Assembly: GCA_964016885.1 (NCBI GenBank)
Contig: OZ024756.1
Span: 12,710,001 to 12,774,000, forward strand
Direction of reading: 5' to 3'
DNA length: 64,000 nucleotides
Source of the DNA: Eledone cirrhosa
Taxonomy: Eukaryota
In this document: one piece after another, positions 24,201 to 36,560 of the stretch
How the letters are laid out: every line of letters begins with the position of its first letter
Numbering within the stretch: position 1 is the stretch's first letter
The notes under the pieces: generated by a model
Databases searched by the model: none
The model's input: only the letters and a program-made list of their open reading frames with translations
What the model was told of the DNA's origin: nothing
Position numbers and translations under genes: made by a program

Positions 24201-25179
24201 TATTTATACAATTAAAAAAATTAAATGTATTCCAGTGTTTGTATGTGTACTTATTTTATTGATCAGATACAGATGAAAGGTTGACAACAGTTGAATTAAC
24301 ACCTATGGGCACTAAGAATCGAAACAAAAGAAAAGTTTTTCGAGTACTCTCGAGTCTGGAATAATTGCATCCCTCACCCTAATTAAATTTTGCTAATCTA
24401 TCTCCGTCGAAATTTTATTTCAAGTAGTTGTATTCCTGCGACAATTAATTTTCTTTATACATTAAAAAACAGTAGGGAAGGGAGGTTTTTTCTTGGGAGT
24501 AAAAAAAACATTATACATGACAAAAAAAAAAGAGAACATTACAAGAAACCCCATACGTTATGAAATAAATAAGTTGGGCTGAAGTCTAAATATGTAAACT
24601 AAGCGATTAATTCTGGTTTTCAAAAAAAATCAACGGAAACAATCTAAAAAATTACCATTACTTCGGACCCGACAATACTTGGAACGAATAAAGGGAGGTA
24701 ATACTTTACCAGTTATGGATAATATTTTTTGTACAGGAGAGTTCTCACTGATAGATTGTAAACATTCGTCAGACAATACGCGTTATATCATAGAATTACG
24801 ACCCTTTACGTTCTGAGTTTAAATCCCGCCGCGATTAACTTTGCCTTTCATCCTTGGTGGGGTCGATAAAATAAAGTACGAGCGACGCACTGGGACCGAC
24901 TTTCCCCTCCCCTCCCAAATTACTGGCCTTGTGCCTAAACCAGAAACCATTATTGTGATGATTTCATAGGATAATAGGTCTATAGTAAGTCCACACCCGG
25001 GTGTTCAACAAGGAAACAGGGTTGATGGGAAAGAAACCGAGTGGTCTTAGTCTTTGCTCTCGGGCAGAGGTTCTCAAAGTGGGCGCTATCACCCCCGGGG
25101 GTCATTGAGAAGGTGCTGAAGCCTAAAGGGGCGGTAGAGATGATATAATAGTATATTAAATATCAAATTATATATATTA

Positions 25180-26074
25180 CTAGCAATGGTACCCGGCGTT
25201 GCACGGGTATTTTGGAACGCGGGCTGACAACAGACCTAATTGTGGAAAAACTGCATGCCTGGACAATATGTAAAGAAAATAAACCGAATACTCTGATGGC
25301 TGGATAATCTTTAAGATTTTCCTCGATGAAGCAGGAAAAATGTAGGTTTTCACCTAATGCGAGTCCTAGGGGATCAAGAAAATGAATTTTTTTTATGTGC
25401 ATAATATGCTTTAAAGTTTCAGGAAAATCGGCTAGACGTAACGCCTCAAAAAAGCCCTAAAAAGCTGAAAAAATGAAGTTTTTCACTTAATGCGGGCCCT
25501 AGGCCATAAAAAAGTTAAATTTTCTTTGCTCACGGAAGAGATTGACTAATACATAGTTACAATTTCAAGGAAATCAGTCTGACGTAACGACTCAAAAAAA
25601 CCCCTAAAAACCTGAAAAGACGCAGTTTTTCAACTAATGCGGGCGCTAGGGGATCAAAAAGTTGAATTTTTTATGTGCATAACACTCTCTGAAACATAAG
25701 TAATACACATGTAAAGTTTGAAAAAAATCGGTTGGGTACTTCTCGAGTTTTAGGGATTCAAACTTACAGACACACACACACAGAGACAGACATCCTCAGG
25801 GAAGTGACATAATGCAGACAGATATTATAAGGGCGCGACGTTATATGTATGTATCTATCTAAAAAGAGAAAGACTAAGAATTATAGAGAGAGGTCGCTAA
25901 ATCGCCTAATGCGGTCCCTAGGGCATTGTAAATTTGAAATTCTTTTGCTCAGAACACTCCCTGAAACATAAGTATTACATGTGTAAAGTTTGAAAAGAGT
26001 CGATTGGGTGGTTCTCGAGTTTTAGGGATTCAAACACACACACACACACACATCCTCAGTTTTATATATATAGA
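25180..26074 (-). mobile_element. Non-autonomous Helitron with internal tandem subrepeats
   Basis: Minus strand TCTATATATATAAAA ... TACCCGTGCAACGCCGGGTA hairpin ... CTAG; A|T insertion site; four copies of a ctaatgcgg.ccctaggg.atc..aaa block. Confidence 0.82.
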
Positions 26075-27666
26075 TATATAAATATAGTAATCTAAAAAAT
26101 ATATTTATTGATACATAGTATATATTATTTATTACTATCTGAATTGCCCGGGTTACTGCTGTTCTTATTCAGATTAGTAAACAATAAGTATGTAGATATG
26201 TTTTTTTTCCTCGTAATTATTTCAAAATATCTATGTTTTATTTTAAAAAATATCAAAATTGTAATGATAATATAATTTAGAAATGAAAATCTGTCAATCT
26301 TGAAGCATCTTAGGGTAAACAGTATTCATTGTGTAATTTTTTTTATTGGTGTCCAAATGAATAAATTGTTGCTGCACACACACACACATACACTTTCACG
26401 TACATATACTAAGACAGCCGCACACAAACATACATTCACGCGGACACACGCATAGATTTTACCTCATTTTTTTTTTGTCCCCCGCTACATATGTATATGT
26501 ATGTGTAGATGTGTGTGTGTATTTAATAACGTACCTAACGAACGCGCAAACACGCACACACACATTCATATACAAAATGTGACATAGAAGATGTGTTGCT
26601 TTAATCCAAATGAAAATAAAAATCATCACACATACACTCACACACACACACATACACACACCTAGACTCTCACATACATATACTAAGAGACACACAGACA
26701 TACATTCACGCACACCTATTGCTTGTCAGTCAGCACATAAGTATATGTAGATGTGAGTGCGTGTTTAATTCTCTGAGGTTTAACGTACGTAACGAACTCG
26801 GAAACACACACACACACACACTCATATACAAAATGTGACGTCGTCGTTGTGATGGTGGTGGTATAAAATGTCCTTTACGATAGTTGACTATAGAAAGATT
26901 ATTTTAGATAAAATGTTATATTTTTTTAATCGAAATGAAAATAAAAATTACATGTTGACACTCCTGGGGTCTAATACTATTACGTTGTAAAATTTGATTT
27001 GATTTGGTCGACCCGTTTGAGAATGCATAGGAACAGACAGAGAGAGACAAATAATTTTATATATATCGAGATATATCAATTAATGATTTTATTTATTATA
27101 TATTATTTACAATTTGCGTGTAGGCAGGTCTATCTGGAAATAGGAGTGGGGTTGCTGAAGGTATTACATAGCCGTGTGTGTGTGGGGGGGGGGGGCAAAC
27201 TTCTGCTCTAGGGTAACAGGCGTTGTGTTGTTGAACTTCCAGTTAATTCAATCCAATCAGCGGAACTGCCGGCTCATGAAATTAACCTATAAGTGGCTGA
27301 ACATTCCACAGACACGTGACGTAGTTCTAAAGGAGATTCAGCGTAGAGGAACCGTATTGACATACGGCATTTCTATGGCATTTTAAAACTCAGTGGCCTC
27401 CTCCTCTCCAGGTCTTCCAGAGAAAGATAGGGAGAATGGAATTGAGGAAGAATCGGCCCCAGTAGTAGACTGGTACTTTTTTTATCGACCCATTAAGGAT
27501 GAAAGGCAAAGTTGATCTACGCGAAATTTGGAGTCGGGTAGCAGAAACGAATACCGCAAAGCATTCTATCCGAGGTTCTAACGACTCCCCCCAATTCGCC
27601 GCCTTAACCGAGAGAGGTTTATTTTTTGGTTGAATCACACGAAAACTACACACACACACACATACA

Positions 27667-28582
27667 TCTACAGAGAGACACACAGAGGGATATATTTTCC
27701 AATAAAATTAATTTCATCATGTCACAAAAACACCGCTCATCTATCGGGGGAGTTACAATGTCCGCCAAACGGTTGAAATCTTCAAGCGAAAGAGAAACTC
27801 ACGAGCAATACAAAAAAAAAAAAAGACTTGGGAATAAAAGGACAAGTCAACATTGTGACATTCAGCAGAATATGAGACGGGAAACAGAAATGTTAAGACA
27901 ACAAGAAAGACGATTGCAACTTTCTGAAAGTATACAAAACCTGAGACAGGAAACAGAAAGATTAAGGCAAGAAGAAAGACTATTGCAACAAACAGAGGTT
28001 CAATGTGAAAATCACCAAGAGGCAATGACAGTTGCGATGCTAACTCTACGAGCACAAACGACTCTTCAAGGCAGAATAAACTGACTAAGAGCTGCGTTTT
28101 CATATGATCCATCGAAGAATTATAGAAATGAACCTAAAGTCGCGATTGGTAACATGGATATTACATTTGGTATGTGTTGCTTAGGAGGAAAGGTCAGACT
28201 TCCACTGATAGAGGACCATCCGGCTTTTATTCATATACTACTTACAGACCGGACTAACGAAGCTAAACACTTCAGAAGCAATGTTATGCGGTATATTGCT
28301 GTGTTTAATATAACGTCTTTTGGAGCTGAAAAAGATCATACTGACTATGGTTATTTCACATTTAAAATCCAAGGCCAATGCTACCTTTTAATTGGCAGTT
28401 TACTCAAATGCCTAATAAGGAAGTTTTATGATTGTTTTTTTTTTAATGTCTCTCTCACGCACACACACATTACGGTCTCACCTCATACTGTAAACCGGAC
28501 AACACATCTAATACAGTCGTTTTCTCTTTTATCCGTCTTCTCTTAACTGTTCTCCAGGGCGAAGCTGGGTACGTCAGGTAGT
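27667..28582 (+). mobile_element. Internally deleted Helitron retaining the Rep N-terminal region
   Basis: MCCLGGKVRLP...AKHFRSNVMRY..VFNITSFGA...FKIQGQCY.LIGSLL is the conserved pre-Rep Helitron motif. The 3' hairpin-like gggcgaagctgggtac plus GTAGT (variant of CTAGT) is at ~28556-28582; 5' boundary approximate. Confidence 0.8.
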
Positions 28583-29029
28583 AAATAATAAATTAATTGA
28601 AATGCTGTTTGTAATATATTGCTAAAATTATTCATAATTGACCTACTAATAATAATTAAAATATCAATAACGAGAAAATATCTTAAGTGACATAATTTGA
28701 TTAGAGAGACTTAGCTATTACGTTTAGCAAGTAGACATACATACTATAGAGGCAATAGGGATATTCAGTGTAAAAAAAAAAAAAAAGGAGTGTTAAAAAA
28801 CGTTATTGGGTGTCAACCGAAAAACGAACTAGTTTACTGAAAATGGGATGAGGGGAGGAAAAACAGTAAAAATATATATATCTATAAAGATATAAAGGGA
28901 ACAAAATTATTGAAATCACTAAATTCCCGTTTAAAACTTAAAAAAAAAGTCCTAGCCAAAAGTGGGACATTTCTTTCCAACAACGAAATTATATTTATTT
29001 ACTGTATAAAGTTGTGTAAATGTGTGACG

Positions 29030-29270
29030 TCTGAACGAGTATCTTCAACCTCCAACTAACCCTCCACCTCGGGGCCTCGGCAGTCGACAGGTTGGAGAAT
29101 GTATTGCCCCGGAAAACGGCGAAGAAGACATGCCGAATCAGCCAGAACACCTCGTCGGGATCGCACCCGCGGGCAGCCAACTCCACTCCGATATCAGTGA
29201 GTAGGGATGTGGACCGGGGACCCAAGAACTCCAGTAGTCTCGACTTCTACAGGCTCCACCACAAATCGCA
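29030..29270 (-). mobile_element. GC-rich RLE/CRE-like retrotransposon C-terminal fragment
   Basis: GPRSTSLLTDIGVELAARGCDPDEVFWLIRHVFFAVFRGN resembles the RLE tail motif. Confidence 0.55.
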
Positions 29271-30346
29271 GCCGATAATTGTTTAGTTGGGTTTCAAACG
29301 AAAAACGAACCAGTTTGGTTGGGTGTCAAACGAAAAACGAACCAGTTAAGTGTCAAACTTGTTATATACACGTAATCCCGCCAAAGTAATACAGGTTATG
29401 TTATATGTCAGTACTGGGTGTTTGGTATATACAGAACTTTGATAGCTTTCTACAATATATAAATGGAAGATAGATATCCTGTACAGAAACATGTCCGTAA
29501 GTATTCAGTAAGGAAGTATTGAATAATCAAAGTACTATGTCCTTTTATTTCTCAGTAATTGAAAAACAAAACAAAACCAAAACATTTCTCCCCATTTCAT
29601 TTTTCATGTGTCGATTCCCAAAAGCTAATTAGAACTATACATCAAAGTTGATGGCATTTTTAGCTAATGTTTGTAGTAGGCCGAGTGATTTCATAGACCT
29701 CTCGTCTTCCTACGGGAATAATTATTAGTGTTTTTCATTTATATGGGAAACAAATAAGAAACCAGAATAGAAAAATAAACCAGCATTTTAAACATACGAT
29801 AATAAATTAGTTGAACGAAAATAAAGTCAGAGGGAAAGTCGTTACATTTCATTAAAATACAATATATAACAGTTAATGTAATAAATAATATTTAAAGTCA
29901 CATGTACAGTAACACCTTTTATTTAATAAAATAATGTTTTACTCAAGATGTGTTATGACTTTTTCCTCTGCCACTTTTGTTTTTCTATGACTTTTTTTTT
30001 CCTGTATCATAAATAATTACTGTTGAATAATTTTGACATAAATATAGAGCTATTGACCTGTTCTATAATGTATTAGACATGGCGCTATTGTGGGCACAAT
30101 AGGGACATCGTTCTATAGTTACATTTGATAGATTGGCGGACACAGACAAAATAAATACTGAAGTAGATTGTTTACAAGCATAGCTAAGTTGAGTGTAAAC
30201 ATTTTACATATACAACATTCAGAAATTTCAAACCGAAACCCAAAATAAAACAAATAAAGCAAATATAAATTAGTCACAAAACAAAAAGGGAACACTTTTT
30301 CTGCTTGTCCCAACGAAATAATGTAAAAAAACCCCTCTTAAACTAA

Positions 30347-31690
30347 TTATTTTTCAACCCAAGATTTAAAAAGCTGTTTAGCTTTTTCTAGATAAGCATC
30401 ATTTTTGCAAAATACATAAATAATTTTTTCTGAGAAAGTTTTTGGAATGACGGAAGAATAAGGCAGTTGAACATGTGGTAAAACTTGATCGATGGCCTGT
30501 TTGGAATAAAAATGTATTTTGTGAACTGGATCTTCATCGCCACTTGTATAGCCTAAGTTAGATTCATAAATAGCTAACTGATTGAGAAGTTCTTGGTCGT
30601 TCGGAATTATTTCCTGCAGAATCTTTTTACAGTCTACTTCACAGTGGAATGATTTCTCACCGACAAGTTTATAAAGTTTACGTTCTTGTATTCGTGTTAA
30701 AATCTGTTTAGCTGTTTGTAAAGTTTGTTTATCGGAATACAAGATTTCGTCAAACACACTGTCTGTCAGTTTCGTGTAAGCTGTCATATCGTGTCTAGCT
30801 TTAGAAAGAGTTAATTGTAAATGTTTACCCTGTCGGTGGATGCTGCTGTCCGCCTGTAGAAAAACATCTTTTAACATTTCAGTCATGGTGACGACTGTTT
30901 TGTGTTTATAAGCAAGGCAATGAAGTTCGAACCTAGAACGGAACATGTAGTAGAAACTAAGAGCAGTTTTATCCCTGAAACATATTTCTGTTTTGTTCTC
31001 GTCTATTGTCAAGACACGAGCAAATTTAATTATTCTCTTATGATCTGTGTGGTTTGTTAAACCGAGATAATGACAGTCTCTTGCAAAATAATCCCATTTA
31101 TCAACATCCACACCATTCTGTTCATTAGCAACGATGTTGTAAAGATATGCTTTATCAACACCCCTACCTGTATGTTCTTCATTACCAACAAATTTCTTGA
31201 GTGGATGTATTATGGTTTTTATGAAATTAACGTCTTTGTCATCCAATTCTGCTTTAAGGAAACCGTTTCTAACGCTAACGTTTTCATTCAAAATGTGTTG
31301 TAACATTTCTACGGAGGCTGCTTCGTGTTTCCATTGGGAGCCCGGTTCTATTTCTGGAATAAATATTTGGTCAAAAAAATGAGAAAACGGTCCGTGTCCC
31401 AAGTCATGACACAAGGCAGCTATTTCAACACACAACAAATCCTTGTCAGTGATGTTTAGCTCCGGTTGGTGGCTTCTTAAATGCCGTATGAATTCTCCGG
31501 CAAGGTGACATGTACCTATACTATGTTCGAATCTGCTGTGTGAGGCACCAGGATAGACATAATAACATAATCCAAGTTGTTTGATGCTACGAAGTCTCTG
31601 GAATTGTAAAGTATCGATAATTGTAACACACAATGGGTGTAATTCAATGGAGCCATGGATAGGGTCGTGAAATACCATGTAAACACCCAT
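30347..31690 (-). CDS. SAMHD1: SAMHD1-like dNTP triphosphohydrolase (HD domain only), intronless CDS, 447 aa
   Basis: DPIHGSIEL, IIDTLQFQRLRSIKQLG, PGASHSRFEHSIG, HDLGHGPFSH, WKHE, DVDKWDYFARD, YTKLTD and RKLYK; the metal-binding H-HD-D residues are intact. AATAAA signals downstream on the minus strand (~29920, ~29545). Confidence 0.96.
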   Translation of the reverse strand: MGVYMVFHDPIHGSIELHPLCVTIIDTLQFQRLRSIKQLGLCYYVYPGASHSRFEHSIGTCHLAGEFIRHLRSHQPELNITDKDLLCVEIAALCHDLGHGPFSHFFDQIFIPEIEPGSQWKHEAASVEMLQHILNENVSVRNGFLKAELDDKDVNFIKTIIHPLKKFVGNEEHTGRGVDKAYLYNIVANEQNGVDVDKWDYFARDCHYLGLTNHTDHKRIIKFARVLTIDENKTEICFRDKTALSFYYMFRSRFELHCLAYKHKTVVTMTEMLKDVFLQADSSIHRQGKHLQLTLSKARHDMTAYTKLTDSVFDEILYSDKQTLQTAKQILTRIQERKLYKLVGEKSFHCEVDCKKILQEIIPNDQELLNQLAIYESNLGYTSGDEDPVHKIHFYSKQAIDQVLPHVQLPYSSVIPKTFSEKIIYVFCKNDAYLEKAKQLFKSWVEK

Positions 31691-32079
31691 TATTTCTTTA
31701 TTATATCGTCTTAATCACGGTGTAGCAACTAATAAGTTGTTACGTAAAAAAACATCCCACTTATTTATCTTACAAAGATTAAATTATTGCTGATCAATGT
31801 TGTTGACTTTAATTTCATAGATTAGATATGATTTATTCAATTATTTCATAGGTTAGTATGCACATTTTAGCGACAGAGATAAGTGTTGATATATGTAAAA
31901 TATTCGAATTATCTCGTATGAATTAACTGCAATAATAATAATAATATTTCTATTTTTGGCACAAGGCCAGCAATTACCCCAGTGCATTATTGGTGTTTTA
32001 TTTTATCGACCGCGTAAGGATGAAAGGTAAAGTTAACCTCGGCGGGCTTGAACTCGGACCGTAAAGGGCCGTAACTCTA

Positions 32080-34480
32080 AGAGTTGTTTCTCTTGAAGCT
32101 GTTTGGCCGAGAAGATCACGTCAACAGTGCTGCCTCTGCCATTCCTAAAGCCACATTGGGACTCAGGAAGTACCTCAATAGCAATGTGCTGTATCAATCT
32201 GTCTAACAAAATGCTGCACAAGATCTTCCCAGCCACAGATAGCAGTGAGATACCTCTGTAGTTGCCACAGTCATCTTTGGCTCCCTTTCCTTTGTAAAGT
32301 ACCACCATCAATGCATCTTTCCAGTCCTGTGGTACATCTTCATTCCAAATATTCACAAATAGATCAGTGAGGCGGTTTAAGAAGTTATTATCAGCACACT
32401 TGAAAATCTCGGCACTCAGTCCATCCATTCCAGGTGACTTGTTGCTGTTTAATTTGGCAATGGCCTTCGCCACCTCATCAAATGAAGGAGGATCAGCCAT
32501 TGCCAGCTTTGTAGGTCTGGATGGAATCGACCGGATGAACTCATCATCAATTTCTGATAGTCTGTTGAGAAGCTCATCAAAGTGGTCATGCCACCTGATC
32601 AGGATTTCCTTCGGATCTCTGAGCAATTCCTTGCTGTCCGTGGAACGAAGTGGTGATATTTGTGGACCGGTCGGACCATACACCTCCCTGAGCAGATTGT
32701 ATAAGAGCTTTGTATCATGGCTATCTGAGGCCTTCTGGATTTCATCAGCCTTTTGGCTCCACCAGGTATCTTGCATGGCTCTCAATCGATGTTGCACATG
32801 TGCCTTGATCTGCCTGAAGGTCTGGTCAGAACGTGTCTCACACAACAATGATGTCAGCACTTTTTGTTTCTCTTCAAGCAAGGTCTGGATCACTGCATCA
32901 TTTTCATCGAACCAGTCTTTATGCTTTCTATTGGTATGACCTAAAACTCCAGCACTAACATCATAGACGGTTTTCTTCAATGATTCCCACGTATTTTCAC
33001 ATTCCATGGACTCAAGGAACTTTGACAGCTCAGCTCTGACTTTCTCTGTTTTCAGACGAGCCATGTTTAGTTGTTTTGGAAGTGCAACCTTCTTCCCCCT
33101 TACTTTGGGCTTCACAACAAATTGAAATTTGACGTACACCAGACGATGGTCAGTCCAACATTCCACGCCTCGCAATACACGAACCAATGTGATATCCCTG
33201 ACATCACGTTTCCTCGTTAAAACAAAGTCAATAAGGAATCTGGATGCATCCAAGTTGTCTTATATTTGTCTTTCTGCTGAAAGAGCGTGTTCCCAACAAC
33301 AAGATCCATCTCAGTGCACATCTACAATAGAAGTAGGCCATTGTTATTGCACTTACCTACTCCATGCTTGCCCATCACACTCCAAGCTTGCCAGTCATTA
33401 CCAACACGTGCATTAAAATCACCAAGGATGACAATCTTGTCTGCATAAGGTATACCATGAATGACCTCTCAAAGACATGTAGAAACTTAGTTTTTCATCA
33501 TCACTGGCACACATAGTACACACTGACCAGAGTCACAAAGTGGTTTTGAATCAGAAGGACTCATGGACGTTATCCGATCATTGAATCCACAAGGAAGATT
33601 TTCCAGCTTTGAGACGATTCCATTCCTGAATGCAAATGCGACCCCTGCCTCTCTCCTACAACCCTCTGCTCCACCACTCCAATGGAAGGCATATTCTCCC
33701 TTCTGTTCTGTGAATTGACCCTCACCTGCCAATCTCGTTTCTGAAAGAGCAACGATGTCCATGCTATAGCGATCGAGTTCCCTTGACACCAAGGCAGATC
33801 TTCTTTCAGGGCGAGTTTTACTGGACAGGAATCAAGTAAAGTTCTTACATTCCAGCATCCAATATTCAGAGGTTTGAACCTCTTTGCAGTTGAAGGATGA
33901 TGACCGGGCCCACGCTGCAGTGCCATGGGACACCTGCTGGGCCAGACCCCTTCACAATAAGTTCCAGAGCCCTTACTGCCATTGACTTCAAGGTTATCAT
34001 CTGTCATCATAGAAGCTGGTGCACTTTTAGGCTACGGCCAGCCACACGAACCTGTAACAGATCCTCAACAAGCAATGCCTGTGCTTTGAATGTTTTTTAA
34101 GTGGGGAAAGGCCTTGGACGCGACCAATCCCACTCTCTGAGCATCGAAAACACTACCCGAAAAGGAGAACTGGTCAACATCATCGGATGCTTCCGAAGTC
34201 GCAGGGTTTTTTTTCAAAGTTCCCCTCTCCTAAAAAGGTGTTGTGATAACAACTGGGGGCCTTTCACTCCCAGGTTTAAAAAAAAAAAAAAGTATTATTT
34301 GGATGGCCGTTGACTCTGCTGAGTTCCCCTGCCCTTTATTGGGTCTTGTATTTCATCCTACAGGGTGTCCAAATATCACCTTCTTCACCAAGCAAGCTTG
34401 GTGGGGTTGCCGACGACCCAACCATGAGACAGGTAGTACTGGGTTACATGTTACCAGTAGCACTCAAGAGCAACCTGACA
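32080..34480 (-). mobile_element. RTE-clade LINE, 5' two-thirds (5'UTR, APE, start of RT), truncated at a SINE
   Basis: NIGCWNVRTL, DIVALSETRL, ECWTDHRLV, KSPGMDGLSAE, NYRGISLLSVAGK, LPESQCGFR; joins a SINE 3' half at ~32080. Confidence 0.92.
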
Positions 34481-34999
34481 TAATTAAAATATACACAGAC
34501 ATGTATATAATGTGAAATGAAACTGGAAGGCCCATATATATACTTGTGTGTATGTATATATAAATGTGTGTGTATACATATATATATATGTATGTGTATA
34601 TATATATATGCGGGTGTCTGTGATCTATATACACTGGTCATAGACACACACACACACTCACATATATATATATATATATACACACAACACCAGCTCTCTC
34701 TCTTCCATTCTCCTCTGTCTCCTCTCCCTCTCTCTCTCTTTCAATCTACTCTCTCACAACCACTATCTCTTTCTGTCTATCCTTCTCTCTCTTTGTTTAT
34801 CAAGGTACCCAGAAAAACCGATATCTCGGAAACCCGTGTTTCGATTTACGCGAAACTTGTTTTATTTCATTTGTATTCCCATTTCAGAGTCAGCTTCCTT
34901 TCAAAGTATTTCCCCATTATGTGCCCTTTTGGCTGTACTACATTACAGACAAGCAAGCAAGCAATCACAGAGTTTGAGTAATATATAGATAGATATATA

Positions 35000-35170
35000 C
35001 TTGGATACTTGGAGCACTTATAATGCTTCTTAGAAATTTAGATCCTCCAAAATTGTGCAATGGAGTAAGACTTATTGTGAAGAAAATGATGCCACATGTT
35101 ATAGAAGCTACTGTACTCTCTGGATGTGGAGTAGGCGATAATGTATTCATTACTAGAATTTACCAATACT
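35000..35170 (+). mobile_element. Helitron PIF1-helicase fragment
   Basis: MLLRNLDPPKLCNGVRLIVKKMMPHVIEATVLSGCGVGDNVFITRI is the PIF1 2B-region motif of Helitrons. Confidence 0.85.
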
Positions 35171-35225
35171 ATTTAATAGAATACAGTTTCCAATGTCCAT
35201 CAACAAATCACAGGAACAGACATAA

Positions 35226-36560
35226 CACCGTGTAACAAACAAATTTTTTTTCTCTGTTCCTGGCTTGTAATCACTTTTTTTGTGTTGCTTAGGTCCCAAA
35301 TAAATTTTAAAAAGTGCTATTAACAGTTAAAAGTTGGGGTTTGTAAAAATTCTAAGCTATTCACTAGAGTTATTTGTATACTGGATTTTACGTTGTAAGT
35401 TTAATTTGCTTATGTTAAATGATTTTTTTTTATATATGTTTCAGGTTAAATTAAAATTATAAAATAAAGAGTAATACCTAAAGAAAATTATAAAAGTGCA
35501 ATAAAGTATAAAATTGTTAAAAAGTGGATTAAAGAGATTTATTGATACTGGATTTTCGCACCCTGAATAAAGGGTAAGTTGTGTTTTAAGCAGGAATTTT
35601 CATTAGTATGATTAGTGTTCTTTTATATTATTTAAATATTTATTTTGTATTGCATATCAAATTTATTTTGTATTTTAGGTTTCGATCATGACATTAGACT
35701 TGTAATTAAAAATTTCTTTCATTGAACTGCACTGCAATTTGGTGCTAAATATTAATTTTTGTTTTCAAAATTTGATGACTTTAGCCTGAATTACCCTACT
35801 TATTTTATACATGTATGTTCATTTAACATGTTTTTATTTATACTTTCAGATCTATAAGATCTATATTTTCTGACTGCATGTATTTCTATATTTTTAGAAT
35901 GGCTTCAAGAGGCTGTCGGCACCACCCTGACTCTTTCTGTTTTATATTCGGTGAGTATATAAAGAAGAGAGACAAAAAATTCTCCTTGGAAACGTCGGTG
36001 AAGGTTTGTGAAGCCTACGAGAAGTACTTCGGGATACCAGTTGGGGACCAGGACAAGCCCTGGGCCCCTCACTACTGTTGTGAGCACTGTAAGAAGACGC
36101 TGGAAGGGTGGCTGCGAGGTGAGAAAAGGTCTCTGAAATTTTCCAAACCACGGGTCTGGTTAGAGCCAACAGACCACGCCACAAACTGCTTTTTTTGCAT
36201 GGTGGATGTTAGCAAGCGGCGGAAAGGAAAGAATGCTGCTAATGTAGATTATCCAGATCTTCCATCATCAATTGCTCCAATTCCTCACTGCTCCAAATAT
36301 CCCGTGCCAGTGCCACCTGCTCCAGATGAAGTCCAAGACAAGTATTCTGATGAAGAGGAGGAGATGGATGCTGAGGACTTGGATTACCTGCCGGAGGTAC
36401 CAGGAAAAGTTCCTCACTTCCCAAACCAAAAAGAAATCAATGACTTGGTCAGGGATATGGGTCTGACCAAGTCCAATGCAGAGCTATTCGTCTCCACGAT
36501 GAAGCAGTGGAACTTGGTCAAGGAGGAAGTGCAGGTGACAAGTCAGAGAAGTCGACATAA
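35226..36560 (+). mobile_element. Chapaev3-like (CMC) DNA transposon 5' part with transposase N-terminus (ATG 35899)
   Basis: Terminus CACCGTGTAACAAAC...; peptide CRHHPDSFCFIFGE...YFGIPVGDQDKPWAPHYCCEHC...W.EPTDHATNCFFC...YPDLPSSIAPIPH...NQKEINDLVRDMGLTKSNAEL; intron-like leader ending tttttag|aATG; truncated before the DDE domain. Confidence 0.78.

Noticed and set aside
27626-28084. 152-aa Arg/Glu/Gln-rich ORF as a host coiled-coil gene
   Set aside because: It directly precedes Helitron pre-Rep motifs and matches the low-complexity N-terminus typical of Helitron ORFs.
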